DNA of 45,081 nucleotides from Candidatus Eiseniibacteriota bacterium (GTDB lineage Bacteria; Eisenbacteria; RBG-16-71-46): NCBI GenBank assembly GCA_044222065.1, contig JBGAOA010000035.1, positions 1 to 45,081 of the forward strand, read 5' to 3'. Shown piece by piece: positions 35,389 to 44,932 of this stretch (position 1 is its first letter; each line of letters starts with the position of its first letter). The notes under the pieces were generated by a model. It saw only the letters and a program-made list of their open reading frames with translations, ran no database searches and was not told where the DNA came from. The position numbers and the translations under genes were made by a program.

Positions 35389-38223
35389 ATGTCCCGAAGA
35401 TTCCCCGTGCCGTTCCCCCCGGTCCCGCTCCGCGCGTTGCTCGCGTCGGCGCTCGTGACGCTCGCGTGCGCGGCGACGGCGCGCGCGCAGGTGCAGATGA
35501 ACTGCGTGCCGGTCGCGCTCCCGTCGGCGTACCCGACCGACTGGAAGTCCACGCACAGCCTGTGCGTGCTCACGATGACGAACAACCTGTCCGAGCCCGT
35601 GCGCTGCGACCTGCGCGTGCAGATGGACCAGAGCGGCGGCAGTTCCGCCGGCGTCGAGCCGCGCGTGTTCGCACCGGGGCAGACGGTTCTGCTCACGCAG
35701 AACGTGTTCGATTGGAACCGGCTGCGCTTCAGCGGCGCGGTGAAGAACGCGATCGACCGCACGGGGCACCTGCCGGCGACGCCCGTCCGCGTGCAGCTCG
35801 TGTGCACGAACATGGTCGGGGCTCAGAGCGGGCTCTCGATCCCCGACACGCAGATCGAAATCACGATCGTGCCGTCGGTGCCGTCGCCGCCGACGCTGCT
35901 CACGCCCGCCGACGCATCCGCGGTTGGGTCGCCGACGCCGATCTTCGGCTGGACGCCGGTGCGGCTCACGAGCGGCGCGCAGGTGACGTACCGGTTCCTG
36001 CTCGTGCGCGTGCTTCCCGGACAGTCGCCGGCGCGCGCGCTCGAATCCAACACGCCGGTGCTCGAGGCGTTCGTCGGCCAGCCGAGCCTCCCGTACCCGT
36101 CGGCGGCGCCGCGGTTCGAGGACGGCGCGCTCTACGCGTGGCGCGTTCAGTCGCTGTTCGACCTCGCCGCCCCGAGCGGCGTCGGATCGCCGATCCCGGG
36201 CGCACGCTTCGCGGCAGCGATTCCGCCCGCCCCGGCGCCGGGCACGACGCGCTTCACGGCCGTCGGCCTGAACGACGGCAAGAGTCCCGTTCACACGTTC
36301 GTGTGGCAGCGGCCCGACGCGCCGACCGCGGTCGCGCGCATCGCCTCGGCCACGGACGTCGCCGGGAGCGGAGCGACGTCGGCGCTGATCGGCAACGACG
36401 ACGGCGCCGCCTCCGCGCCCCCGCCCGCGCGACTGTGGCGTCCGCTCGCGGCTTCGCGCATCACGACCGCGCTCGACTCGCTCGCGATCGCGTCGAACGC
36501 GTCCCCGGGCGACTGGTGGGGACCGAAGGCCGGCACGCGCGGCGGCGCGTTCGAATCGCAGGTGACGACCGGCACGGGCGAGACCGCACCCGAATCTCCG
36601 GCGCCTTCGGGCGGCGAGCCCCTCGCACCACCGGCCGAGCCGCAGCGCTACGCGCCGATCGACGCGGTGCCGGACGTCGAGCCCGGAGCGGGCGTCGCGA
36701 CGCGCTGGTTCCACCTCACCGGCACGACCGTCACGGCGGGGGAGATCTACGACCGCAGCGGCGCGGGGCCGCGCAGCCGCCCCGATCAGTCGGGCCAGCT
36801 CGCGCTCGGCGTGCGCGTCGGACTCTTCGGCGACCGCGTCGAAGTGCCGGTGCAGGCGCTCGTCTCGGGCGACGAAGTGTCGTTCCGCCAGTCCATCGAT
36901 CACTTCTCGCTGCGCCCCCAGTGGCGCTGGGGCGGTGTGCAGGCCGGACAGGTCCGGCCGGCGTATTCGCGCTACTCGCTCGCCGACGCGTCGCTGTTCG
37001 GCGGCGGCGCGGACATCGTGCGCGAGCACTGGTACGCGGGTGGCGTCGTCGGCCGGATGCAGGAATCGGTGAAGCGCGACACCGTGCTCGGGATCGAGCC
37101 GCAGTTCCGGCGCAACGTGTTCGCGGGGCGCGCCGGGATCGGCTCGCCGGTCGGGAACGCCGTCGAGCTCGTCGTGATGCGCGCGCTCGACGATCCCGGT
37201 TCGCTCTCCGATCCGGACTCGCTCGCGCTCGTCGCGCCGGCCGCGAACACGGTGTTCGAGGCGCGGGCCCGCCACACGCTGCTCGACACGCTCACGACGA
37301 TCCAGCTCGATGCCGCGCTCACGCAGTTCGAGCGCAACCGCGATGCCGACGTTCCGGCGATCGACGGGCACGCGTTCGGCGCGAAGCTCGAACGGCGGAC
37401 GAGTCTCGGTGAGATCGCGGCCTCGGTGGACTACACCGACGGCGGCTTCCGGTCGTTCGGCAACTCGCAGCTCGCGTCCGACCACGCCGAGGGACAGCTG
37501 CGCGCGCGGCGGGTGCTCGCCGGCGGGCGCTTCCGCCTGGGCGGGAGCGTGGGGCTGCGGCGGGACGACCTGAGCGGCACGCTCGGCGGCTCGACGCGGC
37601 GGCGTTCGCTCGGACTCCAGGCGGGCTGGCAGCCGAACGCGATCCTCGGCGCCGACCTCGACGTCTCGGCGCTCGCGAGCCGGTCGCCGCGCACCGAGTT
37701 CCGCGACGAACTCAAGGACCTCACCGCGAGCTTCACGCTCGCTCCGCACGCGAACTGGTACTGGTCCGGTTCGCCGCAGAGCGTGAACGCGATGGTGTCG
37801 GTACAGTCCACGCAGTTCCCCGACGCGGCCGGCGCGGCGTTCGCCGCTTCGCGCGTCACGACGCTCGTCGGCGGCTGGCAGGGCGGCGTCTCGCGCACGC
37901 TGTCGGTGAGCGTGTCGGGCAATCTCGTTCGCTCGAAGGTCGCGGGCCAGATCACCGAGCTCGGCGCGCTCGGGCCAGGCCTGTCGCTGTCGCTCTTCGG
38001 CGGACGCGCGCAGACCACGCTGCTGCTGCAAGTGACGCAGACGAAGGTCGAGGGCCTCGGGACCGATCGCGAACTCACGCCGAACGTCGACGCGCGCTAC
38101 CGCGTGACCGACCGGCAGAGCCTCGTGTTCCGGGCGGGGTGGCGCCGCTACCGTACCGGCGCGGACGCGTCGGGCGACTTCGACGAACAGCTCGCCACGC
38201 TCCAGTACTCGGCGACGTTGTGA
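35389..38223 (+). CDS. Operon protein I: exported; Ig/Fn3-like N-terminal domains + C-terminal outer-membrane beta-barrel
   Basis: TAGGAGG RBS; signal peptide ...LACAATARA; PPTLLTP..PIFGWTP..YRF..GQSP..A..N..YAWRVQ Fn3-like domain; ~500 aa of alternating amphipathic strands ending ATLQYSATL. Confidence 0.82.
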   Translation: MSRRFPVPFPPVPLRALLASALVTLACAATARAQVQMNCVPVALPSAYPTDWKSTHSLCVLTMTNNLSEPVRCDLRVQMDQSGGSSAGVEPRVFAPGQTVLLTQNVFDWNRLRFSGAVKNAIDRTGHLPATPVRVQLVCTNMVGAQSGLSIPDTQIEITIVPSVPSPPTLLTPADASAVGSPTPIFGWTPVRLTSGAQVTYRFLLVRVLPGQSPARALESNTPVLEAFVGQPSLPYPSAAPRFEDGALYAWRVQSLFDLAAPSGVGSPIPGARFAAAIPPAPAPGTTRFTAVGLNDGKSPVHTFVWQRPDAPTAVARIASATDVAGSGATSALIGNDDGAASAPPPARLWRPLAASRITTALDSLAIASNASPGDWWGPKAGTRGGAFESQVTTGTGETAPESPAPSGGEPLAPPAEPQRYAPIDAVPDVEPGAGVATRWFHLTGTTVTAGEIYDRSGAGPRSRPDQSGQLALGVRVGLFGDRVEVPVQALVSGDEVSFRQSIDHFSLRPQWRWGGVQAGQVRPAYSRYSLADASLFGGGADIVREHWYAGGVVGRMQESVKRDTVLGIEPQFRRNVFAGRAGIGSPVGNAVELVVMRALDDPGSLSDPDSLALVAPAANTVFEARARHTLLDTLTTIQLDAALTQFERNRDADVPAIDGHAFGAKLERRTSLGEIAASVDYTDGGFRSFGNSQLASDHAEGQLRARRVLAGGRFRLGGSVGLRRDDLSGTLGGSTRRRSLGLQAGWQPNAILGADLDVSALASRSPRTEFRDELKDLTASFTLAPHANWYWSGSPQSVNAMVSVQSTQFPDAAGAAFAASRVTTLVGGWQGGVSRTLSVSVSGNLVRSKVAGQITELGALGPGLSLSLFGGRAQTTLLLQVTQTKVEGLGTDRELTPNVDARYRVTDRQSLVFRAGWRRYRTGADASGDFDEQLATLQYSATL

Positions 38224-38229
38224 CGACGG

Positions 38230-38258
38230 GGCGCGGGGTCCCGATGGGACTCCGCGCC
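38230..38258 (+). terminator. Stem-loop after the last operon gene (putative terminator/3' stabiliser)
   Basis: ggcgcggggtccc-gat-gggactccgcgcc, 13-bp stem with one G-U, 6 nt after the stop; no clear U-tract. Confidence 0.5.
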
Positions 38259-38512
38259 GGCTCGTCCGGCGCCTCGCGCGATGAGCGAGCGGACGCGCGC
38301 AGGTCGTTCGCATCGTGCCACTTCGGCGCCACGCGGTACGGTCCCGCGTACGGTCCCTCCAATCGTTCGCGAGCGCGCCTCCGAACGGCCGAATTCGACG
38401 CGGCGAGTGCGCGACGGCCTTTCGGACTCCGACGTGGACGCGCTCATCGCTGGCGCCGACGGCCGATCGTCTCGCCGTGCGCCGAGGCCGGTGCGTTACG
38501 ATTTCGCGGCGC

Positions 38513-41125
38513 ATGACCGCTCGCTCGCCCGATTCGCCCGATTCCGAGGACCGCCCGGCCGCAGACGGGGGTGACGCCGGGACCGCCCGCGCTCGCTTCC
38601 GCCTCGCGCACGAGCGCTTTCACGAGGCGCTCGCGCTCGCGCCCGGCGAGCGCGAGCCGTACCTCGCGCGACTCGAGACGTCCGATCCCGAACTCGCGCG
38701 CGAAGTCCGCGGGCTGCTCGCCGCCGACGCGGACGCGGCCGGATTCCTCGCGGAGGCGCCGGCGCTGCCCGAGAACGAGGCGACGCGAGTCGGCGAGCGC
38801 TTCGGCCCCTATCGCCTGACGGGCGAGATCGGGCGCGGCGGCATGGGCGTCGTCTACCGCGCCGTGCGCGACGACGACAGCTTCGCGAAGGACGTCGCGA
38901 TCAAGCTCGTCGAACCCGGCATGCGGTCACCCGAACTGCTGCAGCGCTTCCGCGCCGAGCGGCAGATCCTCGCCCGGCTCGAGCACCCGCACATCGCGCG
39001 GCTCCTCGATGGCGGCACTGCGACCGACGGCACGCCGTACCTCGTGATGGAGTTCGTGCAGGGCCGGCCGCTGCTCGCCGACGCGGACGAGCGCCGGCTC
39101 GACCTCGCCGCGCGCCTTCGGCTCTTCCTCGCGATCTGCGAGGCGGTCCAGTTCGCGCACGAGCGGCTCGTCGTGCACCGCGATCTCAAGTCGGACAACG
39201 TGCTCGTCGCCGGAGACGGCGCGCCGCGGCTGCTCGACTTCGGGATCGCCCGCGTGCTGTCCGCGGACGGCGCCGCGGGGGAGAGCACGCAGACGCTTCC
39301 GCTCCACCGTCGCCTCACGCCCGACTACGCGAGCCCCGAGCAGATCCGCGGGGAGCCGGCCGCGGTCGCGAGCGACGTCTATTCGCTCGGCGTCATCTTC
39401 TACGAGCTGCTCGCCGGGACGCGCCCGCTGCGCGTCGCGGGCCGCACGACGGAGGAGATGCTGCGCGTCGCGACGCACGAGGAGTCGCCGCCGCCGAGCG
39501 CCGTCGTGACGGGGCTAGATCCCGGCGTCGCCGCCGCCCGCGCGCTGCCGTCGCTCGCGCGCCTGCGCGACGCGCTCGCGGGCGACCTCGACGCGATCGC
39601 ACTCCGCGCCCTCGACAAGGACGCCCGGCGCCGCTACGCCACGGTGGAAGCCTTCGCCGACGACGTGCGGCGCCACCTCGACGGCAGGCCCGTCGTCGCG
39701 CGGCGCCCGTCGCGCGCCTATCGGTTCTCGCGCTTCGTCCGGCGGCATCGCGTGCCCGGGGCTTCGGGCGCGCTAGTCGCGCTCGCGCTGCTCGCCGGCC
39801 TCGGGGGCATCGTGTGGCAGGCGAGCGTCGCGCGGCGCGAACGCGACCGCGCGGTGCGGCGCTTCGACGACGTGCGCCAGCTCGCGCACGCCGTCGTGTT
39901 CGACCTGCACGATGCGATCGCGAACCTGCCGGGCTCGACGCGCGCGCGCGAGCAGCTCGTCACGCACGCGCTGCGCTACCTCGACGGACTGAGCCGCGAG
40001 GCCGCGGACGACCCGAAGCTGCTCGACGAGCTCGCCGGGGCGTACGTGAAGATCGGCGACGTGCAGGGCCGTCCGATGTTCGCGAACCTCGGGCGCGCGG
40101 ACGACGCGCTCGAGAGCTACGACCACGCGCTCGCGCTGCTCGACCGTTTGCGGGCGGCCCAGCCGGAATCCACGTCGGTCCTGCACAACCACGTGCTCGT
40201 CTCGCAGCGGCGCGCCGACGTGCTCGCGGTGCTCGGCCGCACGCGCGAGAGCCTGGCCGAGATGCTGCGTGCGCGCGACCGCATCCGCGCCGAGCTCGCG
40301 AAGCGCCCCGACGACGGGCTCTTCCTCGGCGACCTCGGCGTGGCGCACAGCCGCCTCGTGGACTTGCAGGCGGCCGTGGGCGACACGGCGGCGGCGATCG
40401 CCGAAGCCGCGGAGTACGTGACGTTCGCCGAGCGCGTCTTTCGCGCCAACCCGACCGCGACCGAGAGCCGGCGGGGCACGCTCATCGCGTGCACGAAGAT
40501 GGCGGAGCTGCTCGCCGCCCGCGGCCTCGCGGATTCCGTCGTGGCGTACTACCGTCGCGCGACAGGACTGGCCGAGGAAGCCGTGCGGGCCCAGCCGGGG
40601 AACACCGAAGCGCTGCGCGACCTTTCGATCGTCTACGGCGCGCACGGGACGTTCCTCGCCGGCGCCGTTTCGCTCGATTCGGGGCTCGTCGTCTACGACC
40701 GCGGCATGGCGATCTGCGAGACGCTCGCGCGACAGGATCCGGCGAACGTGCTCTCGCAGGCGGACCTCGCCTCGGGGCACTTCGAGATCGGCACGATGCT
40801 GCTCGCCGGCGCGCGTCCGGCCCCCGCGCTGCGCGAGTTCTCGGACGCGTGCGGGCGATTCGAACGGCTCGCGGAGGCGGACCCGTCGAACCAGGATTTC
40901 CGCGCGTCGCTCGCGCGCTCCGAGGTCGGCGCCGCCGATGCGTGCGCGGCCCTCGCCGGCGCGCCGTTCCCCGCGCGCGAACGCTGGCGCGCGAGCGAAC
41001 GCAACTGGCTCGCGCGCGGCGTCGCGAGCTATCGCGTGCTCGCCGTGGCCGGCGTGCTCACGGGCGAGGACAGCCTCGCGTCGAAGCGGCTCGAAGCCCG
41101 GCTCGCGGCGCTCGCGGTCCGCTGA
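38513..41125 (+). CDS. Membrane Hanks-type Ser/Thr protein kinase with extracytoplasmic TPR-like domain
   Basis: IGRGGMGVVY, VAIK, HRDLKSDN, LLDFG, TPDYASPE, DVYSLG; TM LVALALLAGLGGIVW; helical repeats afterwards. Confidence 0.93.
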   Translation: MTARSPDSPDSEDRPAADGGDAGTARARFRLAHERFHEALALAPGEREPYLARLETSDPELAREVRGLLAADADAAGFLAEAPALPENEATRVGERFGPYRLTGEIGRGGMGVVYRAVRDDDSFAKDVAIKLVEPGMRSPELLQRFRAERQILARLEHPHIARLLDGGTATDGTPYLVMEFVQGRPLLADADERRLDLAARLRLFLAICEAVQFAHERLVVHRDLKSDNVLVAGDGAPRLLDFGIARVLSADGAAGESTQTLPLHRRLTPDYASPEQIRGEPAAVASDVYSLGVIFYELLAGTRPLRVAGRTTEEMLRVATHEESPPPSAVVTGLDPGVAAARALPSLARLRDALAGDLDAIALRALDKDARRRYATVEAFADDVRRHLDGRPVVARRPSRAYRFSRFVRRHRVPGASGALVALALLAGLGGIVWQASVARRERDRAVRRFDDVRQLAHAVVFDLHDAIANLPGSTRAREQLVTHALRYLDGLSREAADDPKLLDELAGAYVKIGDVQGRPMFANLGRADDALESYDHALALLDRLRAAQPESTSVLHNHVLVSQRRADVLAVLGRTRESLAEMLRARDRIRAELAKRPDDGLFLGDLGVAHSRLVDLQAAVGDTAAAIAEAAEYVTFAERVFRANPTATESRRGTLIACTKMAELLAARGLADSVVAYYRRATGLAEEAVRAQPGNTEALRDLSIVYGAHGTFLAGAVSLDSGLVVYDRGMAICETLARQDPANVLSQADLASGHFEIGTMLLAGARPAPALREFSDACGRFERLAEADPSNQDFRASLARSEVGAADACAALAGAPFPARERWRASERNWLARGVASYRVLAVAGVLTGEDSLASKRLEARLAALAVR

Positions 41126-41155
41126 GGACGCGGCCGTGCGCGCGCCGCGTCCGGT

Positions 41156-41713
41156 TCAGCCCGAGAGTTCGCGATAGAGCCACGCGCGCGCGGTCGCCCA
41201 GTCGCGCTTCACCGTCATGGGCGAGACTCGAAGCACCTCGGCCGTCTCCTCGATGCTCATGCCGCCGAAATAGCGCAGCTCCACGACCCGCGCCTGCCGT
41301 TCGTCGAGGCGCGCGAGGTCGTGCAGCGCCCGGTCGAGATCGTCGAACGCCACCGGCGCCTCGCGCTCGGCGCCGACGTTCGCTTCGAGCGTCACGGGCG
41401 CCTCGCCGCCGCCGCGCTTCTGCGCGTTCCTCCGCCGGGCGTGATCGACGAGGATCGCGCGCATCGCTCGCGCCGCCACGGCGAGGAAGTGCGCACGGTC
41501 CTGCCAGGCGTGCTCCCGCCGGCCGACGAGCCGCAGGTAGGCCTCGTGGGCGAGCGCGGTCGGCTGCAGGGTGTGCCCGGCGCGCTCGTGGCGGAGCAGG
41601 CCGGCCGCCCGCTGCCGAAGTTCCTCGTAGACGAGCGGGAAGAGCCGGTCCACGGCGACCGAGTCGCCTCGGGCGGCTCTCGCGAGCGTCTCGGAGAAGG
41701 TCTCTGCGTCCAT
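41156..41713 (-). CDS. ECF sigma factor, TIGR02999-like (kinase-associated)
   Basis: LFPLVYEELR..A, HTLQPTALAHEAYLRL, AMRAILVDHARR..AQKRGG, VELRYFGG, TVKRDW..ARAWL. Confidence 0.92.
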   Translation of the reverse strand: MDAETFSETLARAARGDSVAVDRLFPLVYEELRQRAAGLLRHERAGHTLQPTALAHEAYLRLVGRREHAWQDRAHFLAVAARAMRAILVDHARRRNAQKRGGGEAPVTLEANVGAEREAPVAFDDLDRALHDLARLDERQARVVELRYFGGMSIEETAEVLRVSPMTVKRDWATARAWLYRELSG

Positions 41714-42140
41714 CGGGTCCCTCGCGCGACGCCGTCTCGGTCGCCCGGGCGGTCGCCGGTCGGCCGAGTCGGCCGCGGAACGATAGCGGAATCCGTGGTC
41801 CTTACTCGGCCCGTTTTGCGCTTGGCATCATGAGCGGGCTCGTCGTTCGGGCAGAGGTGGCGGTCGGGAGGTACGCCTCGAGCGGAAGCGGGGCGGGTGC
41901 GCCGCCCGATCGCGACGGTCGCGACGGGGGCGTTCGCGGCGAGCGAGGACCGCGGTTCCGCCGGACGAGGGGGACAACGGACGGCGTGGCCGCACGCCGG
42001 GGGCGCGGGGCGCTCGTACGGGCCCCGCGACCTCCGTGATCGCGTCCACGTTGCCCGCTGCCCGTCGTGGGCGCAGACTCCTCGCGTGCGCTCCGCGCGG
42101 ATCTCGCTCCCGTGGGGCGCTCGCCGAAAGGAATGCGGTC

Positions 42141-42757
42141 ATGAAGTCCGGTCGTCGTTCGGCGTGGCTCGCGGGAGCCGCGCTCTTTTTTTCTGCCTCG
42201 CGCTCGCGGGGTGCGGCAAGGACCACCCCACGCGGCCGCGCCTTCAGCTGCTCTCGACGCTCGGCACCACGTTCCGCTGGGGCATCGGGCGCACGAGCAC
42301 GACGCCCATCACGGACACGACCGCGTGGGTGAGCTTCGGCGTGCTCGAGCCCTCGGACGCGAACTACCCGAGCCACTTCGTGTTCCGAAACGCGGCGATC
42401 ACGCCGGCGACCGGAAAGCGCGTGTTCGTCGCCCGCGTGTCGTCCGACACGAACGCCGTGGTCGCCGCGGCGCTGCTCCTGAACGGCGTTCCGAATCGCG
42501 TGCACGTCGGCATGACGAGCGGAATGGGCTACGGGTACTCGAACCTCTCGAGCGAGTGGCAAGCGTTCCGTCGCGACACCGCGGCCGCCGGACAGGTGGA
42601 CCTGTGCGGCGCGACGATCGAGGAGATCCGCCTCGTCGCGGACACCTGTTACACGAGCTACAGCTCCGGGGAGTACCGCTGGCAGACGACGTTCCACTTC
42701 GAGCTGCTCGGATACGGGACGCCGAAGCCGCCGGCTCTCGCGGCGCGAGCGCGGTGA
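42141..42757 (+). pseudogene. Lipoprotein gene interrupted by a frameshift in a T7 run (or sequencing indel)
   Basis: AAGGA RBS + ATG 42141 gives MKSGRRSAWLAGAALFF; after the T run at 42186-42192 another frame gives CLALAGCGKD (lipobox LAGC) and continues open to 42757. Confidence 0.65.
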
Positions 42758-42853
42758 CGCCGGGGATCGCGACGGAAGTGGCGGAGCGGACCCCGTGTGC
42801 GTGAGGATGCGCGGCGTTCCGCGACACCCTTTCCACGTCGGAGACTCGAGGCC

Positions 42854-43720
42854 ATGTTCCTGAGACGACTCACTCGTTGCGCCGGCTCGCCGCTCGCCGC
42901 GGTCGTGATCCTCGGCTGCTCGGCTTCCACCCCGGCGGGCGCCGCCCCCGTCGCGAGCCCGCCCGCGCCGCTCGCGATCGGGGAGACGTTCACGCTCGAG
43001 TCGCGCGTGCTCGGGGAGCGACGGCGCATCAACGTCTACCGTCCCGAGGTCTACGGCGAGAGCACCGCGACCGCCCGGCCCGTCCTCTACATGCCGGACG
43101 GCGGTCTCGGCGAGGACTTCCTGCACGTCGCGGGACTGCTGCAGATCTCGGTGAGCAACGGCACGATGCGACCGTTCCTGCTCGTCGGGATCGAGAACAC
43201 CGAGCGCCGCCGCGACCTCACCGGGCCGACGTCGAATCCCGAGGACCGCAAGGTGGCGCCGCGCGTGGGCGGCTCGCCCGCGTTCCGCCGTTTCCTCCGC
43301 GACGAACTCGTGCCGGCGATCGAGGCGCGCTACGCCACGACGAAGGAGCGCGCGATCATCGGCGAGTCGTTCGCGGGGCTGTTCGTCGTGGAGACGCTGT
43401 TCGAGGAGCCCGACCTCTTCGACAGCTACGTCGCGATCGATCCGAGCCTGTGGTGGAACGACAGCGCGCTCGTCGCGCGCGAACCGCCCGCGGCGCTCCG
43501 CGACGCCGGGCATCCCCGCACGCTGTTCCTCGCAAACGGCGACGAGCCCACGCTCGCGCGCCACGCGGCGCTCCTCACGGATCGCCTTCGTCGAGCGCGC
43601 CTCGCCGGCCTCGTCGTGGAGCACGTGCCGCTCCCGGCCGAGACCCACGCGACGATCTACCACCCCGCAGCGCTCATCGCGGTGCGCAAGCTGTTTGCGC
43701 CCTCCGTCGCCGGCCGGTGA
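42854..43720 (+). CDS. Alpha/beta-hydrolase, putative esterase (IroE/Fes-like)
   Basis: PVLYMPDG, LVGIEN..RRRDLT, FLRDELVP.IE, GESFAG nucleophile elbow, DPSLWW, ETHATI; possible lipoprotein signal (VILGC). Confidence 0.88.
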   Translation: MFLRRLTRCAGSPLAAVVILGCSASTPAGAAPVASPPAPLAIGETFTLESRVLGERRRINVYRPEVYGESTATARPVLYMPDGGLGEDFLHVAGLLQISVSNGTMRPFLLVGIENTERRRDLTGPTSNPEDRKVAPRVGGSPAFRRFLRDELVPAIEARYATTKERAIIGESFAGLFVVETLFEEPDLFDSYVAIDPSLWWNDSALVAREPPAALRDAGHPRTLFLANGDEPTLARHAALLTDRLRRARLAGLVVEHVPLPAETHATIYHPAALIAVRKLFAPSVAGR

Positions 43721-43837
43721 TCCCGCGAGAGGGCCGCTCGCGTTCGTCGCCGGATCCCCGGCACGCGTGGCGTCCGCGCCGCGCTCGGGCGTTTCGTCCG
43801 GGGCCTGACGCGGCCCGTCGCTAGGGTGCGCTCCGAC

Positions 43838-44932
43838 ATGCCTCGACTCCTGATCGCTCCGCTCGTCCTCGCTTCGTCCCTCGCGCTCGCCGCCGCTCCG
43901 CCGCACGCCGCGCCGAAGCACACCGAAGTCGTTCCCGGCGTGCACCTGTTCCAGACCGCGCCGTACGGAGACGTCGGGCTCGACGGCAACTCGGTCGCGA
44001 TCGTGTCGGACGACGGCGTGCTCGTGTTCGACGCGAACGGCACGCCGGCGGCGGCCCGCGCCGTGATCGCCGAGATCCGCAGGCTCACGAAGCAGCCCGT
44101 GCGCTGGCTCGTGCTGTCGCACTGGCACTGGGACCACTGGTACGGCGCCGAGGAGTACGCGAAGGCGTACCCCGGCCTCGCGATCGTCGCGCACGAGAAG
44201 ACGCGCCAACTCATGGCGGGGCCCGCGATCGAGTTCAACCGACCGGGTCTCGAGCAGCAGCTGCCCGCGCACGTGCGCGAAGTCGAGCAGGAACTCGCCG
44301 TGGCGCGCGCGAAGGCGCCGCGTTCGGACGAGACGCTCGCACTCGCGCAGCACCTCGAGCGCGACCGGTTCTTCGTCGCGCAGAAGCTCGCCGTGCGGCA
44401 CACGCTGCCGACCGTGACGTTCACGGACTCGCTCACGATCCGCCTCAGCGAGCGCGAGATTCGCGTGCTCCACGTGGACCGCGCGATCACGCCGGGGGAC
44501 GCCTTCCTGCGCCTGCCGCGCGAGAACCTCGTCGTCAGCGGCGACCTGCTCATCAACCCGATCACGTTCGCGCTCTTCTGCTACCCCGAGGGATGGATTC
44601 GCACGCTCGAGTGGCTCGATGCTCTCGATGCGTCCGTGATCGTTCCGGGGCACGGCACGCCGCTCCGCGACGAATCGCTGCTGCATGCGACGATCGACCT
44701 GCTGAAGCGCGAACGGACGCTCGCCCTCGCCGCGAAGGCGGCGGGGAAGAGCGTCGAGGACGCGAGAGGCGAAGTGCTCGCGGACGCCGAGGTGCTGCGG
44801 CTGCGCGCGGCGATCACCGCCGGCGACGAACGGCGGAACGACGCCTTCGGGCTCTACCTGGTCGAGTGGTTCGTGCGCCGCGCGTACGCCGAAGCCGACG
44901 GCCCGCTCGACGACCGGATTCCGGCGCTGTAG
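43838..44932 (+). CDS. Exported MBL-fold metallo-hydrolase
   Basis: Signal peptide; GNS, VLVFD, SHWHWDH (HxHxDH), SGDL, VPGHG. Confidence 0.88.
   Translation: MPRLLIAPLVLASSLALAAAPPHAAPKHTEVVPGVHLFQTAPYGDVGLDGNSVAIVSDDGVLVFDANGTPAAARAVIAEIRRLTKQPVRWLVLSHWHWDHWYGAEEYAKAYPGLAIVAHEKTRQLMAGPAIEFNRPGLEQQLPAHVREVEQELAVARAKAPRSDETLALAQHLERDRFFVAQKLAVRHTLPTVTFTDSLTIRLSEREIRVLHVDRAITPGDAFLRLPRENLVVSGDLLINPITFALFCYPEGWIRTLEWLDALDASVIVPGHGTPLRDESLLHATIDLLKRERTLALAAKAAGKSVEDARGEVLADAEVLRLRAAITAGDERRNDAFGLYLVEWFVRRAYAEADGPLDDRIPAL

Noticed and set aside
19461..38223. Interpretation as T6SS, eCIS/phage tail or prophage
   Set aside because: All products have signal peptides; no sheath, tube, VgrG, baseplate, ATPase, terminase or integrase motifs were recognised.
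31876..38514. 2212-aa minus-strand ORF and similar long antisense ORFs (1102..4290, 9114..11834, 21167..24505, 28367..30568, 41828..45016)
   Set aside because: Arg/Ala/Gly-rich shadow frames opposite well-supported genes; expected from high GC at third codon positions; no motifs.
43838..44932. Metallo-beta-lactamase resistance gene
   Set aside because: HxHxDH is shared by the whole MBL superfamily; the long helical insert and divergent later His site do not support a true beta-lactamase call.
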